Assembly: GCA_965223295.1 (NCBI GenBank)
Contig: CBDCWC010000003.1
Span: 1,568,001-1,632,000, forward strand
Direction: 5' to 3'
Origin: Nitrospirales bacterium
GTDB taxonomy: Bacteria > Nitrospirota > Nitrospiria > Nitrospirales > UBA8639
DNA: 64,000 bases
A model generated the notes under the pieces. That model was not told the DNA's origin. It did no database searches and saw only the letters and a list, made by a program, of their open reading frames with translations. A program made the translations under genes and the position numbers. Each line of letters opens with the position of its first letter. The stretch's first letter is position 1. Positions 19,673-29,400 of this stretch are shown piece by piece.

Positions 19673-21046
19673 TCAGGGTTTTGGGGAAGGGGGGAGCGAA
19701 AGTTTCACTGTTGGAGTCTGTTGGGTGAGACGTGCAAACAGCTTTTTTCGAGTGGAAAAAAATTCCGGATTGCCTTCTGAAGCTTTAAGAAATTTCCCAT
19801 AATATTGATTGGCCAATCGATTATTTCCTAATTGTTCATAGGCATACCCCATGTTGAGATGAATGTGAGGCAGATTGGGCTCAAGCGACTCGGCTTGCCG
19901 TAATTCATGGATGGCTAATTGATAATTTCCACGTTGTTGGGCGACCAAGGCTCGTTGGATCCACAATTGGGGGACCTTGTCATTTCTGGCTAATCCACTT
20001 AGGAAAAATTGATCAGCTTTTTCTATATCCCCTTTGCCCAATAGCGCGGTTCCCATCCAAAACCAGGGTTGCCAATTAACTGGAGGTTTATGGAAGAAGG
20101 GCGAAAGAAGGGCTGAGGCTTCTTGATATTTTCCAACCTGAATCAGGTGTCGAGCGTCACGCAACTGTTGAGCTGGCGAGCGCTGTTGTTGAGGAGGTGT
20201 TGGGGTTTCGGCCTTTGACGTTTCTAATTGTGCCGACAATGGAAGATTCTCTGGTGTTTCAGGTAAATCAGTTGTCAGCATGCTTGTCATCATAACTTCG
20301 TCAGGCTGAATGATTTCTTCCTCTTCCAGAGGTGTGGCAAATGAGTTGGTGTCGTCTGAGTCATCTCCGTTGTCAGGGGGTGTTGTAGATGAAGAGGGAG
20401 CCGTTGGTGTTGACGTTTCAATCGTTGGTGTCGTCTGGACAATAGAGGGCTCCGGCGTCTCGGATTCTAACGGAACTGGATCATTCCCTTGGTCATTATC
20501 GACGGCTATACTTGTTATTGAAGAGGCTTCTTCATCAAGAGAATTTGCGAATGCCACGACCTTCTCTGAAGCATTTGTGTCGGGTGATTCTCCAGAGGCC
20601 AGAGGCTGTTTCCCTTCCTCTGCCGGTGTTGGTGCGATTACTATATGTTCCGTCTCAGACGTTTGTGGAAGAGTAACAGCTTTTGGTTCTTTAGCCGCTA
20701 GATTTTCAGCCAAAGTTTCAGGTGGTGTGTTGATGGGCACAGTTTCCTCAGGAGGGGGGTTGACGTCGAGAATAGAAGGACGGGTATTGATGCTAGCTTG
20801 AGTATGAGGGGCCAGCCCAAAATCCATATGCCAACCAATCCAAAACGCACCGATAGCTAGTCCGCCAAGAGCGAGGGTGATTCCTGCACTCACAATCCAA
20901 AATTTTGCCCGAGAGGCTTTTTGATGTTGTCCTGTTCCTTCCCCTTTGGTAAAAGTCGGCCGCGAAGAGGGGGGATCTGGTGATTCTGCAGAACCACTTT
21001 TTGATTGTGACTGGAGGCGTTTGAGTGTGTCGGCGATGATACTCAT
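19673..21046 (-). CDS. MshN-like membrane-anchored TPR protein
   Basis: MSIIADTLKRL start, TM helix, long P/T/E-rich linker, C-terminal TPRs; follows the ExeA/MshM-like ATPase. Confidence 0.7.
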   Translation of the reverse strand: MSIIADTLKRLQSQSKSGSAESPDPPSSRPTFTKGEGTGQHQKASRAKFWIVSAGITLALGGLAIGAFWIGWHMDFGLAPHTQASINTRPSILDVNPPPEETVPINTPPETLAENLAAKEPKAVTLPQTSETEHIVIAPTPAEEGKQPLASGESPDTNASEKVVAFANSLDEEASSITSIAVDNDQGNDPVPLESETPEPSIVQTTPTIETSTPTAPSSSTTPPDNGDDSDDTNSFATPLEEEEIIQPDEVMMTSMLTTDLPETPENLPLSAQLETSKAETPTPPQQQRSPAQQLRDARHLIQVGKYQEASALLSPFFHKPPVNWQPWFWMGTALLGKGDIEKADQFFLSGLARNDKVPQLWIQRALVAQQRGNYQLAIHELRQAESLEPNLPHIHLNMGYAYEQLGNNRLANQYYGKFLKASEGNPEFFSTRKKLFARLTQQTPTVKLSLPPSPKP

Positions 21047-21140
21047 GTTGGAACCGTAAATAGTAAAAAGTGAGAAGTGAATAGGTAAGACATAAAGACT
21101 AGTTTTTTCTTTACTCCTGACTTCCCACGTTCCCCCTTTT

Positions 21141-21965
21141 TTATTTTAAAAATTCCTGGGCGGCTTTCCAAACCAGGAAATGACTAATCACTGGACGTCT
21201 TTTGGCATAGGCTCCTAGCAAAGCGCGATCACAGAGTTGATTAATACGTCGAGGGACACCATGGGACAACAGGAAAATAAGGCCAGGAACTCCAGCCTGG
21301 AACCTCAGCCGATGAGTGCGTTCAGCTTTCTGAAGGCGATGAACAATATAGGCACGAGTTTCCCGATACCCGAACGGTTTCAGACAGTATTTCACGCTTA
21401 TACGTTGGCGTAGCGGGCGAAAGGCTCGAGCGGACAATTTTTGCTCAAGTTCCGGTTGCCCGACAAGGAGCAAGCACATCAATTTGTCTTTTTCCGTATC
21501 CAGGTTAGACAGGAGTCGTAAGCCTTCTAACACTTTCCCGCTTAACCGATGTGCTTCATCAACTAACACGACAACGCGTTCGCCACCTTCCGCCAAGCGA
21601 AGCAGAAGTTTCGGCAATTCGCGTTGAAGGGCGCCAAGCGAGGAATCCTCTGGAATCGTTCCCGTTAAATCTTCATAAATGGATGTGAGCAAATCCCCAT
21701 AGGATTGGTCGGGGTTGATCAGATAGGCAAAGCGGATGCCTTCTGGAGGATTGCGAAGGAGATGTCGGCACAAGAGGGTTTTCCCGAGTCCCACTTCCCC
21801 AGTCAACATCGTGAAGCCTCCACTCGCGATACCAAAACGAAGATGGTGCAAGGCTTCCATATGATGACTGCCTGGAAAAAAGAAATCGGTGTCCGGAGTC
21901 AATTGAAATGGCGGTTCTGCAAATCCCAGTTCTTCATAGCAAAGGCTCAGGTCTAGAGTCGTCAT
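21141..21965 (-). CDS. ExeA/MshM-family AAA ATPase
   Basis: PFQLTPDTDFF, GEVGLGKT, VDEAH, LVGQPEL, GVPRRINQLCDRALL. Confidence 0.92.
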   Translation of the reverse strand: MTTLDLSLCYEELGFAEPPFQLTPDTDFFFPGSHHMEALHHLRFGIASGGFTMLTGEVGLGKTLLCRHLLRNPPEGIRFAYLINPDQSYGDLLTSIYEDLTGTIPEDSSLGALQRELPKLLLRLAEGGERVVVLVDEAHRLSGKVLEGLRLLSNLDTEKDKLMCLLLVGQPELEQKLSARAFRPLRQRISVKYCLKPFGYRETRAYIVHRLQKAERTHRLRFQAGVPGLIFLLSHGVPRRINQLCDRALLGAYAKRRPVISHFLVWKAAQEFLK

Positions 21966-21967
21966 AA

Positions 21968-23548
21968 TTATGATTTCACAATCTTGGGTGAGAGAAAAAT
22001 GACCAGTTCACTTTTGGTTTTGACGGTATAGGTTCCTTTAAACAACCGGCCTAACAACGGGATATCACCTAACAACGGCACGGATCGTTCCGTTTCAGAT
22101 TCTTCGTCTTGAATCAACCCTCCAATAATCACCATTTCCCCATCTTTGAGTCGGACAACTCCCGAGGATTGTTTGATGTCCAAAATTGGAGCATTCGATG
22201 TCTCGAGTGGTGAGAGGGCGATATCACGTAGACGGGAAATAATAGGCGTGACATCTAACATGATCCATCCATCTTCGGAAATTTGCGGAGTGACTGATAA
22301 GACTAAGCCCACCGTGACCGAATTAGCTTCTTCCGTCACGATATTGCCGGTTCCAGCTGTTCCCTGGGTAATGGTTTGGGTAAAAAATGGTTGATCGGTG
22401 GCCACCTTAATCAAGGCTGGTTGGTTATTCAATGTCACAACGCGAGGCTGTGAGACGACTTTGAGTTCGCCTTGCTCACGAAGAGCATCTAAGATGCCTG
22501 AAAAATCTCCAGAGGTAAAAGACATCGTGGTCGTGGCGACTTTAGGGACAAGCCCTCCAAAGGGGGCGGTGATAATATTTGAGAGGGAAAATGCACCGGT
22601 ATCCCCATCAAATTTGATCTCGTTCCAGTTAATGCCTAGACTGTAATTGTCGTTCAAGTTCACTTCATAAATTCTGGCTTCGATCTCTACTTGGCGATAC
22701 AGCGCGTTATGAACCCTATCAAGGAATTCTTCGATCTCGTTGACGCGTTGGTACCAATCTGTCACATGGATGGTTCCGGAAAGACGATTGGCCACCATCC
22801 GGCCATCTGTAGACATCAGTGTTTGAATCTGCTTCTCAAGTTCTTCCCAGAACTTGATTTCGTCTTGTTGATTGACCGTAATTTGCCCCGTTTCCTGCGA
22901 TCCCCCGCCGCTGGAAGATCCTGAGCTCATTTTTGCCTGATTTTGACCGGTTCCCCCTCGAATGAGTCGGATATAGTCCACGTTGAATAATGCCGTTCTG
23001 AATTGCCTCACTCTGATGAGGCTATCCTCTTCTTTCCAATAATACCCATGGGCTTCCAAGAGTGCCGTCATGGCTCGTTCAAGTGGAAGATCGTGAAAAT
23101 CTACGGTGACTGTGCCAATAATTTCTGGTCCGGCCACGATATTGAGTTTGTTGCTTCTCGCAAAGAGCGCTAAGGCGTCAATAAGCGGCAGATCTTGTGC
23201 CCGAAACGAATATAATGGACCTAGAGTCGGAGCAGGGTCTGGAGGCGTTTCCGGAAAATTGCTGCTCAGCAACATGCGATCTTCCAAGGAAAAATTCGTG
23301 TGATTTTCGGTGAGAGGTTCTGAAAATGCTTGCGAGTTGTGTGATAGGTTTCCTGACGATTGAGACTGGGCTGGTATGGCTTGGATTTCTGTTTCACGGC
23401 CGATGGTGGAACAACCCGAAACCGTAAAAATGCTGACGAGTGCGATATGGAGACCCACCCGTAGGGAAGAATGTGCAAAGGTATGCCAGAGTGGTGTGCC
23501 CATAACTGAGAGGATATATTTGTGTATCGGTTGTTGCGTAAGCGACAT
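21968..23548 (-). CDS. Secretin (MshL/PilQ/GspD family), lipoprotein
   Basis: VSGC lipobox, QVEIEARIYEV, SQPRVVTLNNQPA, VPLLGDIPLLGRLF. Confidence 0.92.
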   Translation of the reverse strand: MSLTQQPIHKYILSVMGTPLWHTFAHSSLRVGLHIALVSIFTVSGCSTIGRETEIQAIPAQSQSSGNLSHNSQAFSEPLTENHTNFSLEDRMLLSSNFPETPPDPAPTLGPLYSFRAQDLPLIDALALFARSNKLNIVAGPEIIGTVTVDFHDLPLERAMTALLEAHGYYWKEEDSLIRVRQFRTALFNVDYIRLIRGGTGQNQAKMSSGSSSGGGSQETGQITVNQQDEIKFWEELEKQIQTLMSTDGRMVANRLSGTIHVTDWYQRVNEIEEFLDRVHNALYRQVEIEARIYEVNLNDNYSLGINWNEIKFDGDTGAFSLSNIITAPFGGLVPKVATTTMSFTSGDFSGILDALREQGELKVVSQPRVVTLNNQPALIKVATDQPFFTQTITQGTAGTGNIVTEEANSVTVGLVLSVTPQISEDGWIMLDVTPIISRLRDIALSPLETSNAPILDIKQSSGVVRLKDGEMVIIGGLIQDEESETERSVPLLGDIPLLGRLFKGTYTVKTKSELVIFLSPKIVKS

Positions 23549-23555
23549 CGGATTT

Positions 23556-24083
23556 CTAAGAAGTTGTGAGTGTTTTAAATGTGAGTAGGTGTTTCTTCCC
23601 TCGCCGTTTTAACCATACGCCTCGAACTTCGATGGCCACGACCTGATAGCCATTAATCATTTCTCCTTCGTACACCACACTTCGGTTAATCACGGCGCTG
23701 CGTTCCTGGCTGTCCAACGCAATGGCTTTGAGTTCGAACTGTTGCAGTGCACTCTGTGATTCCCTATTTTTTTCTGAAGAAGTTTTTGAGGGTTGACTTG
23801 CTGAGGCATCGGTCATTGCCCAAACAGGTGCCGGTGCAAACGGATCCCGCTGGGGATTCTGTATCCATTGAGTGGCTTCGGCATCATGTCCTTGAAGTGT
23901 AGGCGTGGTGGCCGACTGGGTTTCACCAAGAAATGGTGCTGCTGCGTCCATCAAAACTGAAGGAATGAAATCTGAAGTCGTTTCCATAAGGTTGTTATAG
24001 ACCGCCATGCCGGCCATGGCACACAGGCCTAAGGCGACAAAGGGGTTCTTTAAAGCTCGACTGAATGCTGAGTTTTCATCCAT
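23556..24083 (-). CDS. MshK/PilP-like pilus assembly protein
   Basis: RDPF motif, LKAI...AVIN...EGEMINGY; operon position. Confidence 0.6.
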   Translation of the reverse strand: MDENSAFSRALKNPFVALGLCAMAGMAVYNNLMETTSDFIPSVLMDAAAPFLGETQSATTPTLQGHDAEATQWIQNPQRDPFAPAPVWAMTDASASQPSKTSSEKNRESQSALQQFELKAIALDSQERSAVINRSVVYEGEMINGYQVVAIEVRGVWLKRRGKKHLLTFKTLTTS

Positions 24084-24637
24084 ACCGACAATCCAACCGT
24101 GAGTTGTGTGGCTTTTTTCCCGTCACCGATCAACGTAATTTCTTCAAGATCTACGCGAGCTCTGGATTGTTCCAACACTTTCAAAAATTTCAGATAAGAT
24201 CCATACCCGCTCGCTTTGTTTCGAGGACTGACGGTGAGTTCGATCGGAACCCGGTTAATCCCTTGAAGCGATGAAGCCGATTGTTTTTCTTTCAAAATTT
24301 TATAGTCTGTATGAAGTGCCAACTGGTTTCCGTGTTCCTGAATCTTCTGAGCCCAGTCCGCCAATTGAGTGAAATCTTGAATCAGCCGTTGGTCGGCTTG
24401 AGTCAGGTCTGCCTGAAGGGATTCGGGATGAGCCTCCTGATATTGATGGCGAAGCTGAGAGACTTGACGCTCCAAATTCAGAATCGTTTGGTAAGAATCC
24501 CGGTTCTGTTGAATGATCAAGAAATGATCCACGCTAATCCAACCAACGACCACAAGACTGCCGATAAGTAGAAGAGTCAAGACCATGGTTCTCAGATCGG
24601 ACAAGGAGAGATCTTTTTCCGCTAACCAGTTCTTCAT
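24050..24637 (-). CDS. PilO/MshJ-like alignment protein
   Basis: TM plus coiled coil, YGSYLKFLKVLEQ; ATGA overlap with the upstream gene. Confidence 0.6.
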   Translation of the reverse strand: MKNWLAEKDLSLSDLRTMVLTLLLIGSLVVVGWISVDHFLIIQQNRDSYQTILNLERQVSQLRHQYQEAHPESLQADLTQADQRLIQDFTQLADWAQKIQEHGNQLALHTDYKILKEKQSASSLQGINRVPIELTVSPRNKASGYGSYLKFLKVLEQSRARVDLEEITLIGDGKKATQLTVGLSVWMKTQHSVEL

Positions 24638-26124
24638 GAGAAATTTCCCTGTAAGGCCCAACGATACAGTGGTTGGCCACGTTCATCTGTAGTTGGCGAA
24701 TTCGATTGAGTGAGAAGTTGGTCTCGCCAATTCTCATCTATCGAGACATGATAGGGCCCGTCTCCTAATTCCTGTGCGAGTTTTTCGACGAGAACCAAAG
24801 TTGATGAAAGATTGGCTGAGGTGTGCCCTGCCAATTCCAGATTCCAGGAATTTTTATTTTTCTTAATTGAGGCTTTATGCAGAATGATCTGAGGCGGAAC
24901 AACTTTCCCCAAGTAGCTCAGTAAGGGGCCTTCGAGCATGGCGGTGGTATTTTCGGTAAGGGTCTGCGCCCACTGTCGTTTGCTTTGGACTGACACAAGT
25001 TGACGTTGCCAATGTCGGTGTTCCTGGTCCAGGGCCTTTTCTTGAGAGGCCAGGCGTTGATTGCGTTCCTGATTTTTGGCCAAATTTCCTTCAATGGCTC
25101 CGGTTGCTCCGATGCCGATAGCAAGGAAGACTGCGATAACGGCAGCGGCCGTATTCGCGAGCATCTTTTTCATCGGGGCACGACGGACGTGCAGTGGCGT
25201 GAAATTTGTCGGAAGGTTCATCGGGAGCGTGGCACCGACCCAAAGCCAGTATTTCCAATCCGGGCTGACGGGACAAGGAACCATAGGCGTGGCCACGTGG
25301 GCTTGTACTTCTTCGAGGGTTAATCGTTCATCTTCACCTAAAAACCAGATTTGGGGAATGGGCAAGTTGATTTGTTGGTTAATAAACATGATCGTCCTAT
25401 TAACCTCTGTTCCAACGCGTTCTCCTAGAGGAATCCAATCTTGTACTGGAGCCAGGTGCCGGGTTAGGAGCGGAATGCCATCTTCTCCTCCGGCGACAAA
25501 TGTCACCTTTCCATCCAACATACTGATAAGCATGGCGGCCTCACCTTGTTCCACTGTCAGAGAGCTGAGTTGACTTTCCGACAAGGCGGAGAGAGGGGCT
25601 AGTTGCTGAAGGTATAAACCCAACTCTTCACACATCTGAACGATCTCATCGATGAAGTTTTGTGGCCAAACCTCAAGGTGGATACTTTGTTTCCCCCTGG
25701 CCAGCATGCCAAGGTAATGGCGCCAGACTGCCGGCCCGTCCCAGTTTTTGACCTGTTGAGCTTTACGTTCAAGAATCCTCATAAGGTCAGCGTGGGGCAT
25801 GGAAGGGAGTTGAACCATGAAGGTCATTAATCGATGGTCTTCCACAATGATAGAAACGTGGGTTCCTGGAAATTGTGTGTTATCAATGGCTTCGGCAATG
25901 GCTTGTCGAAGCGCTTGGGGTTTCCGAATGACTCCCGGTCGCTCCCATCCTTTGTGAATAGCATCATTAATGATGGATAAAGCCTTAAAACGACCATTGA
26001 TGAGAGTGATACTTAGAACGGTGAGCTGCTTGCGAAAGATGCCTTTTTCATAGTTGTCAGAAAATTTCTTGGTAATTTCCTGAAACCCTTGCTTCGAAAG
26101 ATATGTGGAGAATGGTAATGTCAT
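24634..26124 (-). CDS. PilM-PilN-like (MshI/GspL-type) fusion protein
   Basis: Cytoplasmic domain, NFTP motif, TM, coiled coil, periplasmic domain; operon position. Confidence 0.6.
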   Translation of the reverse strand: MTLPFSTYLSKQGFQEITKKFSDNYEKGIFRKQLTVLSITLINGRFKALSIINDAIHKGWERPGVIRKPQALRQAIAEAIDNTQFPGTHVSIIVEDHRLMTFMVQLPSMPHADLMRILERKAQQVKNWDGPAVWRHYLGMLARGKQSIHLEVWPQNFIDEIVQMCEELGLYLQQLAPLSALSESQLSSLTVEQGEAAMLISMLDGKVTFVAGGEDGIPLLTRHLAPVQDWIPLGERVGTEVNRTIMFINQQINLPIPQIWFLGEDERLTLEEVQAHVATPMVPCPVSPDWKYWLWVGATLPMNLPTNFTPLHVRRAPMKKMLANTAAAVIAVFLAIGIGATGAIEGNLAKNQERNQRLASQEKALDQEHRHWQRQLVSVQSKRQWAQTLTENTTAMLEGPLLSYLGKVVPPQIILHKASIKKNKNSWNLELAGHTSANLSSTLVLVEKLAQELGDGPYHVSIDENWRDQLLTQSNSPTTDERGQPLYRWALQGNFS

Positions 26125-26139
26125 GATTTGAGAGATTCC

Positions 26140-26991
26140 CTATGGGACGTAACATCCGCTGCTGATGACGCGCCATTGCGAGCCATTGGGGCAATCGGGA
26201 TCAAATTGATAGCCGGCTTCTGCGGTCATTGTAAATTGTACTTCGGCGGTTCCAAATGTATTGGCTTCATCAAGGCCGACGGGCGTCCCGGTAATGTGGT
26301 ACCGAATAGCTGGGGCAAGGGTTCCGCCCCCTGAGTTCGTCGGTGCGCCGTCGATGGAATAACTGCCTCCGGCTCCGTCGGCGGACAAACTGACTAGATG
26401 AAATAAATGTCCTAAATGCCCACGATGTATTTTCACATCATGCAGGCTAGTTTCATCGGTATTCCACCAGGTCTCGAAATCCGCATCGTTGTTAATGACA
26501 GGATTGAGGTTCTGCGCCAGCCCAGAAATGAGCAGGTATCGTGCATTGGCTAGTTGATTGGGAGCCAAACCAGCGGCATTGGAAAAGCCAGCAAGGTTTG
26601 GCTGCAGAAAAAAGTATCGTGAAAAACCATTGGGATTATTCAACAGTTGATTGGAAGAAGTCTGAACATAATCTGGACTTAATGCCGCAAGGTTTGCGGG
26701 AAAAGAACGGGTTTGTCGGACAAAAAGTTCAATGCCCTTGGCAATGTTTTCTAACTGCTTGGTTTCTGCATCTCGTCTGGCGTTCCGCAATTGATTGATG
26801 ATGCTCGGTGCCACAAAACTGGCTAAAATAGCCAAGATGGCTAAGACCCCGATTAATTCCACAAGGGTAAAGCCATGAGGGAGCGTGAGGCGTGAGGCGT
26901 GAGGCGTTGAGGATACGAAAGCTGGCTGTGCCGTTACAGAAATTCTGAGTCCTGCACCGTGGCTGCATCTGTATGTAGGTTTGCGTAACAT
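26140..26991 (-). CDS. Type IV prepilin-like protein
   Basis: G|FTLVELIGVLAILAILA class III signal; C-terminal DPDC...C. Confidence 0.88.
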   Translation of the reverse strand: MLRKPTYRCSHGAGLRISVTAQPAFVSSTPHASRLTLPHGFTLVELIGVLAILAILASFVAPSIINQLRNARRDAETKQLENIAKGIELFVRQTRSFPANLAALSPDYVQTSSNQLLNNPNGFSRYFFLQPNLAGFSNAAGLAPNQLANARYLLISGLAQNLNPVINNDADFETWWNTDETSLHDVKIHRGHLGHLFHLVSLSADGAGGSYSIDGAPTNSGGGTLAPAIRYHITGTPVGLDEANTFGTAEVQFTMTAEAGYQFDPDCPNGSQWRVISSGCYVP

Positions 26992-27077
26992 TTCTCTAAC
27001 TCTTCTGTGGCCTTTTGGCTAACACATGCACGCATCGATGGTCCTGGCAGATTTTGCCGGGTATACCTCTCCTTAAT

Positions 27078-27105
27078 CTGTCGGAGAAACAATAGCCAAT
27101 CTTTA
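27078..27105 (-). promoter_or_regulatory. sigma28-like internal promoter
   Basis: TAAAG-N15-TCCGACAG between the two pilin-like genes. Confidence 0.6.
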
Positions 27106-27196
27106 TTAAGAGAAGGATTTTTTGCGAAAAATCCGAGTACTAAAGAAAAGGGAGAATGGTGACTGTGAACCCTATCTTTGACGTGGCTAAGTGGGA

Positions 27197-27988
27197 TCAG
27201 CAGGTTGGATTCAACGGGTTCCATTGTTTGGCGGCTGTACAATTGGGGTCATACCAGTACGCCGTATTAGTGGTGAGGGCGAATTGAACTTCCGGGGCCG
27301 CATAGAACGTGTTTTCATCCAGACCAATAAGGGTTCCGACTAGGTGGAAGGCATTGTGGGCAGGCAGGAGGCCGCCGCCTGAGTCCGTAGGCGGATTGGT
27401 TCCGACGAAATAACTGGCCCCGTTTCCATCAGGAGTAATAGCCAAAGAATAGAATAGATGCCCAATATTACCTCGATGAATGTGCAAGTCCGGGGTCAGG
27501 GTTTCATTAAGAGTCCACCAGGTCTCAAATTGAGCAGGTGTGTTAACGATTGGTGTCATATCCTGTGAAAGATTAGAGAGAAGGAGGAAGCGAGCATTAA
27601 CCAACTCGGCAGCAGTGAGTCCGGTACTATTGTTAAAACCATTCATGGCTGGATGGATGGCATAGTAGCGAGGAAACCCGTGTGCGTTGGTCGTTAGTTG
27701 TGGCAAGGAAAATGGAACATAATCCGGGACGAGACTGGCCAAGGATGGAGGATAGGCTTTTTGTTCTTCAAGATACAATACAATACCATTGGCAATACGG
27801 CGAAGCTGCCGATCTTCGATTTCCTGATCCTGTTGGTTGAAAATTTGGATAAGAGCTGGTGCAGCTACCGCCAAGCCTATAGAGATCACGGCTAACGCGC
27901 CTATGAGCGCAATAAGAGAGAAGCCTTGTTGCAGATGTATGAGATGTGGTCGAGAAGATTTGAGACGAAGGTGGGGTGTGTATGTCAT
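27197..27988 (-). CDS. Minor prepilin-like protein (E5 replaced by A)
   Basis: G|FSLIALIGALAVISI; paralogous to 26140..26991. Confidence 0.85.
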   Translation of the reverse strand: MTYTPHLRLKSSRPHLIHLQQGFSLIALIGALAVISIGLAVAAPALIQIFNQQDQEIEDRQLRRIANGIVLYLEEQKAYPPSLASLVPDYVPFSLPQLTTNAHGFPRYYAIHPAMNGFNNSTGLTAAELVNARFLLLSNLSQDMTPIVNTPAQFETWWTLNETLTPDLHIHRGNIGHLFYSLAITPDGNGASYFVGTNPPTDSGGGLLPAHNAFHLVGTLIGLDENTFYAAPEVQFALTTNTAYWYDPNCTAAKQWNPLNPTC

Positions 27989-27998
27989 TGGCCATTCA

Positions 27999-28189
27999 GG
28001 GACTGTTGAATAATAATGATATCAACGACCAAATTTCGTCTCAGCAACGTACTATGTCAGCTGCCTCGGGTCTGTTCAAAAAAGTCCGTTCAGCAAGGCT
28101 GCAGCCCTTTTTGCGCGCGGAGCGTACTGGTATTACGTGAGCACGGAAAAAGGGCGAGAACGCCGCTGGCGGCTTTTTCCAACAGACCC
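27999..28189 (+). mobile_element. ~190-bp MITE, copy 3
   Basis: GGGACTGTTGAATAA...TTTTTCCAACAGACCC; TSD ATTCA/ATTCA. Confidence 0.9.
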
Positions 28190-28194
28190 ATTCA

Positions 28195-29400
28195 TTAAAA
28201 CCCGCCCATTAAACTCATCATGGGCATAAAGAGCGCTAGGGCCACCACTCCCACGATGCTAATAAGACCTAAGGTGATCACAGGCTCCAGGATGGCAAAG
28301 ATTTTTTTTACACGTCGCGGGATTTCTTTATTATAGTAATTGGCCACATTCATGAGTGTTTTGGGCAGATTTCCCGTGGCTTCCCCGACCGCAATCATTT
28401 GGACCATCATGGGTGGAAAAATGGGGTGCCGACGCAGTGAATCATGAATCGATGAACCTTCTGAAATGTTACGTTGCATAGCTTCTATGGCGTTGCCCAC
28501 GACCTGGTTGCCAACCACCCCATGGCACAATTTCAGACATTGGAGGACAGGGATGCCAGCCTTGTAGAGTACCGCAAAGTTGTGTACAAACTTTGATAAC
28601 GTCAACATCTTAAAGAGTTCCCCTAGAATGGGCAGATGGAGGATCATATGGTCCCGCCAACTCGAAAAGCCTGGGACAAGCTTCCGTGCCATCCACCAGG
28701 CTATGGGTATCCCAAGCACCAGAGGCAACCATAGGTACCAATTATCCACGAGGAAAAGACTGGTGTTAAACACCATGACGGTGATGAATGGGAGAGGGAT
28801 ATTCAGGCTTTCCAAAACAGGAATAAATTGAGGGACGACAAAGGTAAACAATAGAATCAACAGTCCGGCCACCGCAATGATCACCACACTTGGATAAATG
28901 GTGGCTTGGCGAACGTCGCTTCGGATTTGATCGGCCCAGTCTAAATAGCGTTCCAATTCTTTGAAGGTATCCGGCAAGGTGGCGCTTTCTTCTCCTGCTT
29001 GGACCAGGTTGGTGACCTGTGGAGGGAAAATGTGAGGATGTTGGCTCATGGCCACATTCAGGGGACTTCCAGCTTCAACTTGGTGATGAATCGTGCGTAG
29101 GGTGGCCCGCATCTGAAGATTCGGGGATTCTTCCGACAAGTTTTTCAGCGCTTGCGCAAGAGAAATCTCGGCGTCCAATAAGGTAAACATATGGGTGGAA
29201 AATTCCATGAGATCACGGGGGCTGACCTTCCCTCGTTTGCCACCAGAGGAAGTTTTCTTTTGTTTGGATTCCAGGGCTTCCACTAAATAGAGCCCCATGT
29301 CTTCCAGACGGCTTTCCAAGTGCGAGCGATCAAGGACGATCATATCGCCTTCTTCAGGACGGCCTTGATCATCAATGGCACGGTAATGGAAGCTAAGCAC
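28195..29400 (-). CDS. PilC/GspF/MshG platform protein
   Basis: FHYRAID..G, AGEESATL, AVGEATGNL, ILEPVI. Confidence 0.93.
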   Translation of the reverse strand: MLSFHYRAIDDQGRPEEGDMIVLDRSHLESRLEDMGLYLVEALESKQKKTSSGGKRGKVSPRDLMEFSTHMFTLLDAEISLAQALKNLSEESPNLQMRATLRTIHHQVEAGSPLNVAMSQHPHIFPPQVTNLVQAGEESATLPDTFKELERYLDWADQIRSDVRQATIYPSVVIIAVAGLLILLFTFVVPQFIPVLESLNIPLPFITVMVFNTSLFLVDNWYLWLPLVLGIPIAWWMARKLVPGFSSWRDHMILHLPILGELFKMLTLSKFVHNFAVLYKAGIPVLQCLKLCHGVVGNQVVGNAIEAMQRNISEGSSIHDSLRRHPIFPPMMVQMIAVGEATGNLPKTLMNVANYYNKEIPRRVKKIFAILEPVITLGLISIVGVVALALFMPMMSLMGGF

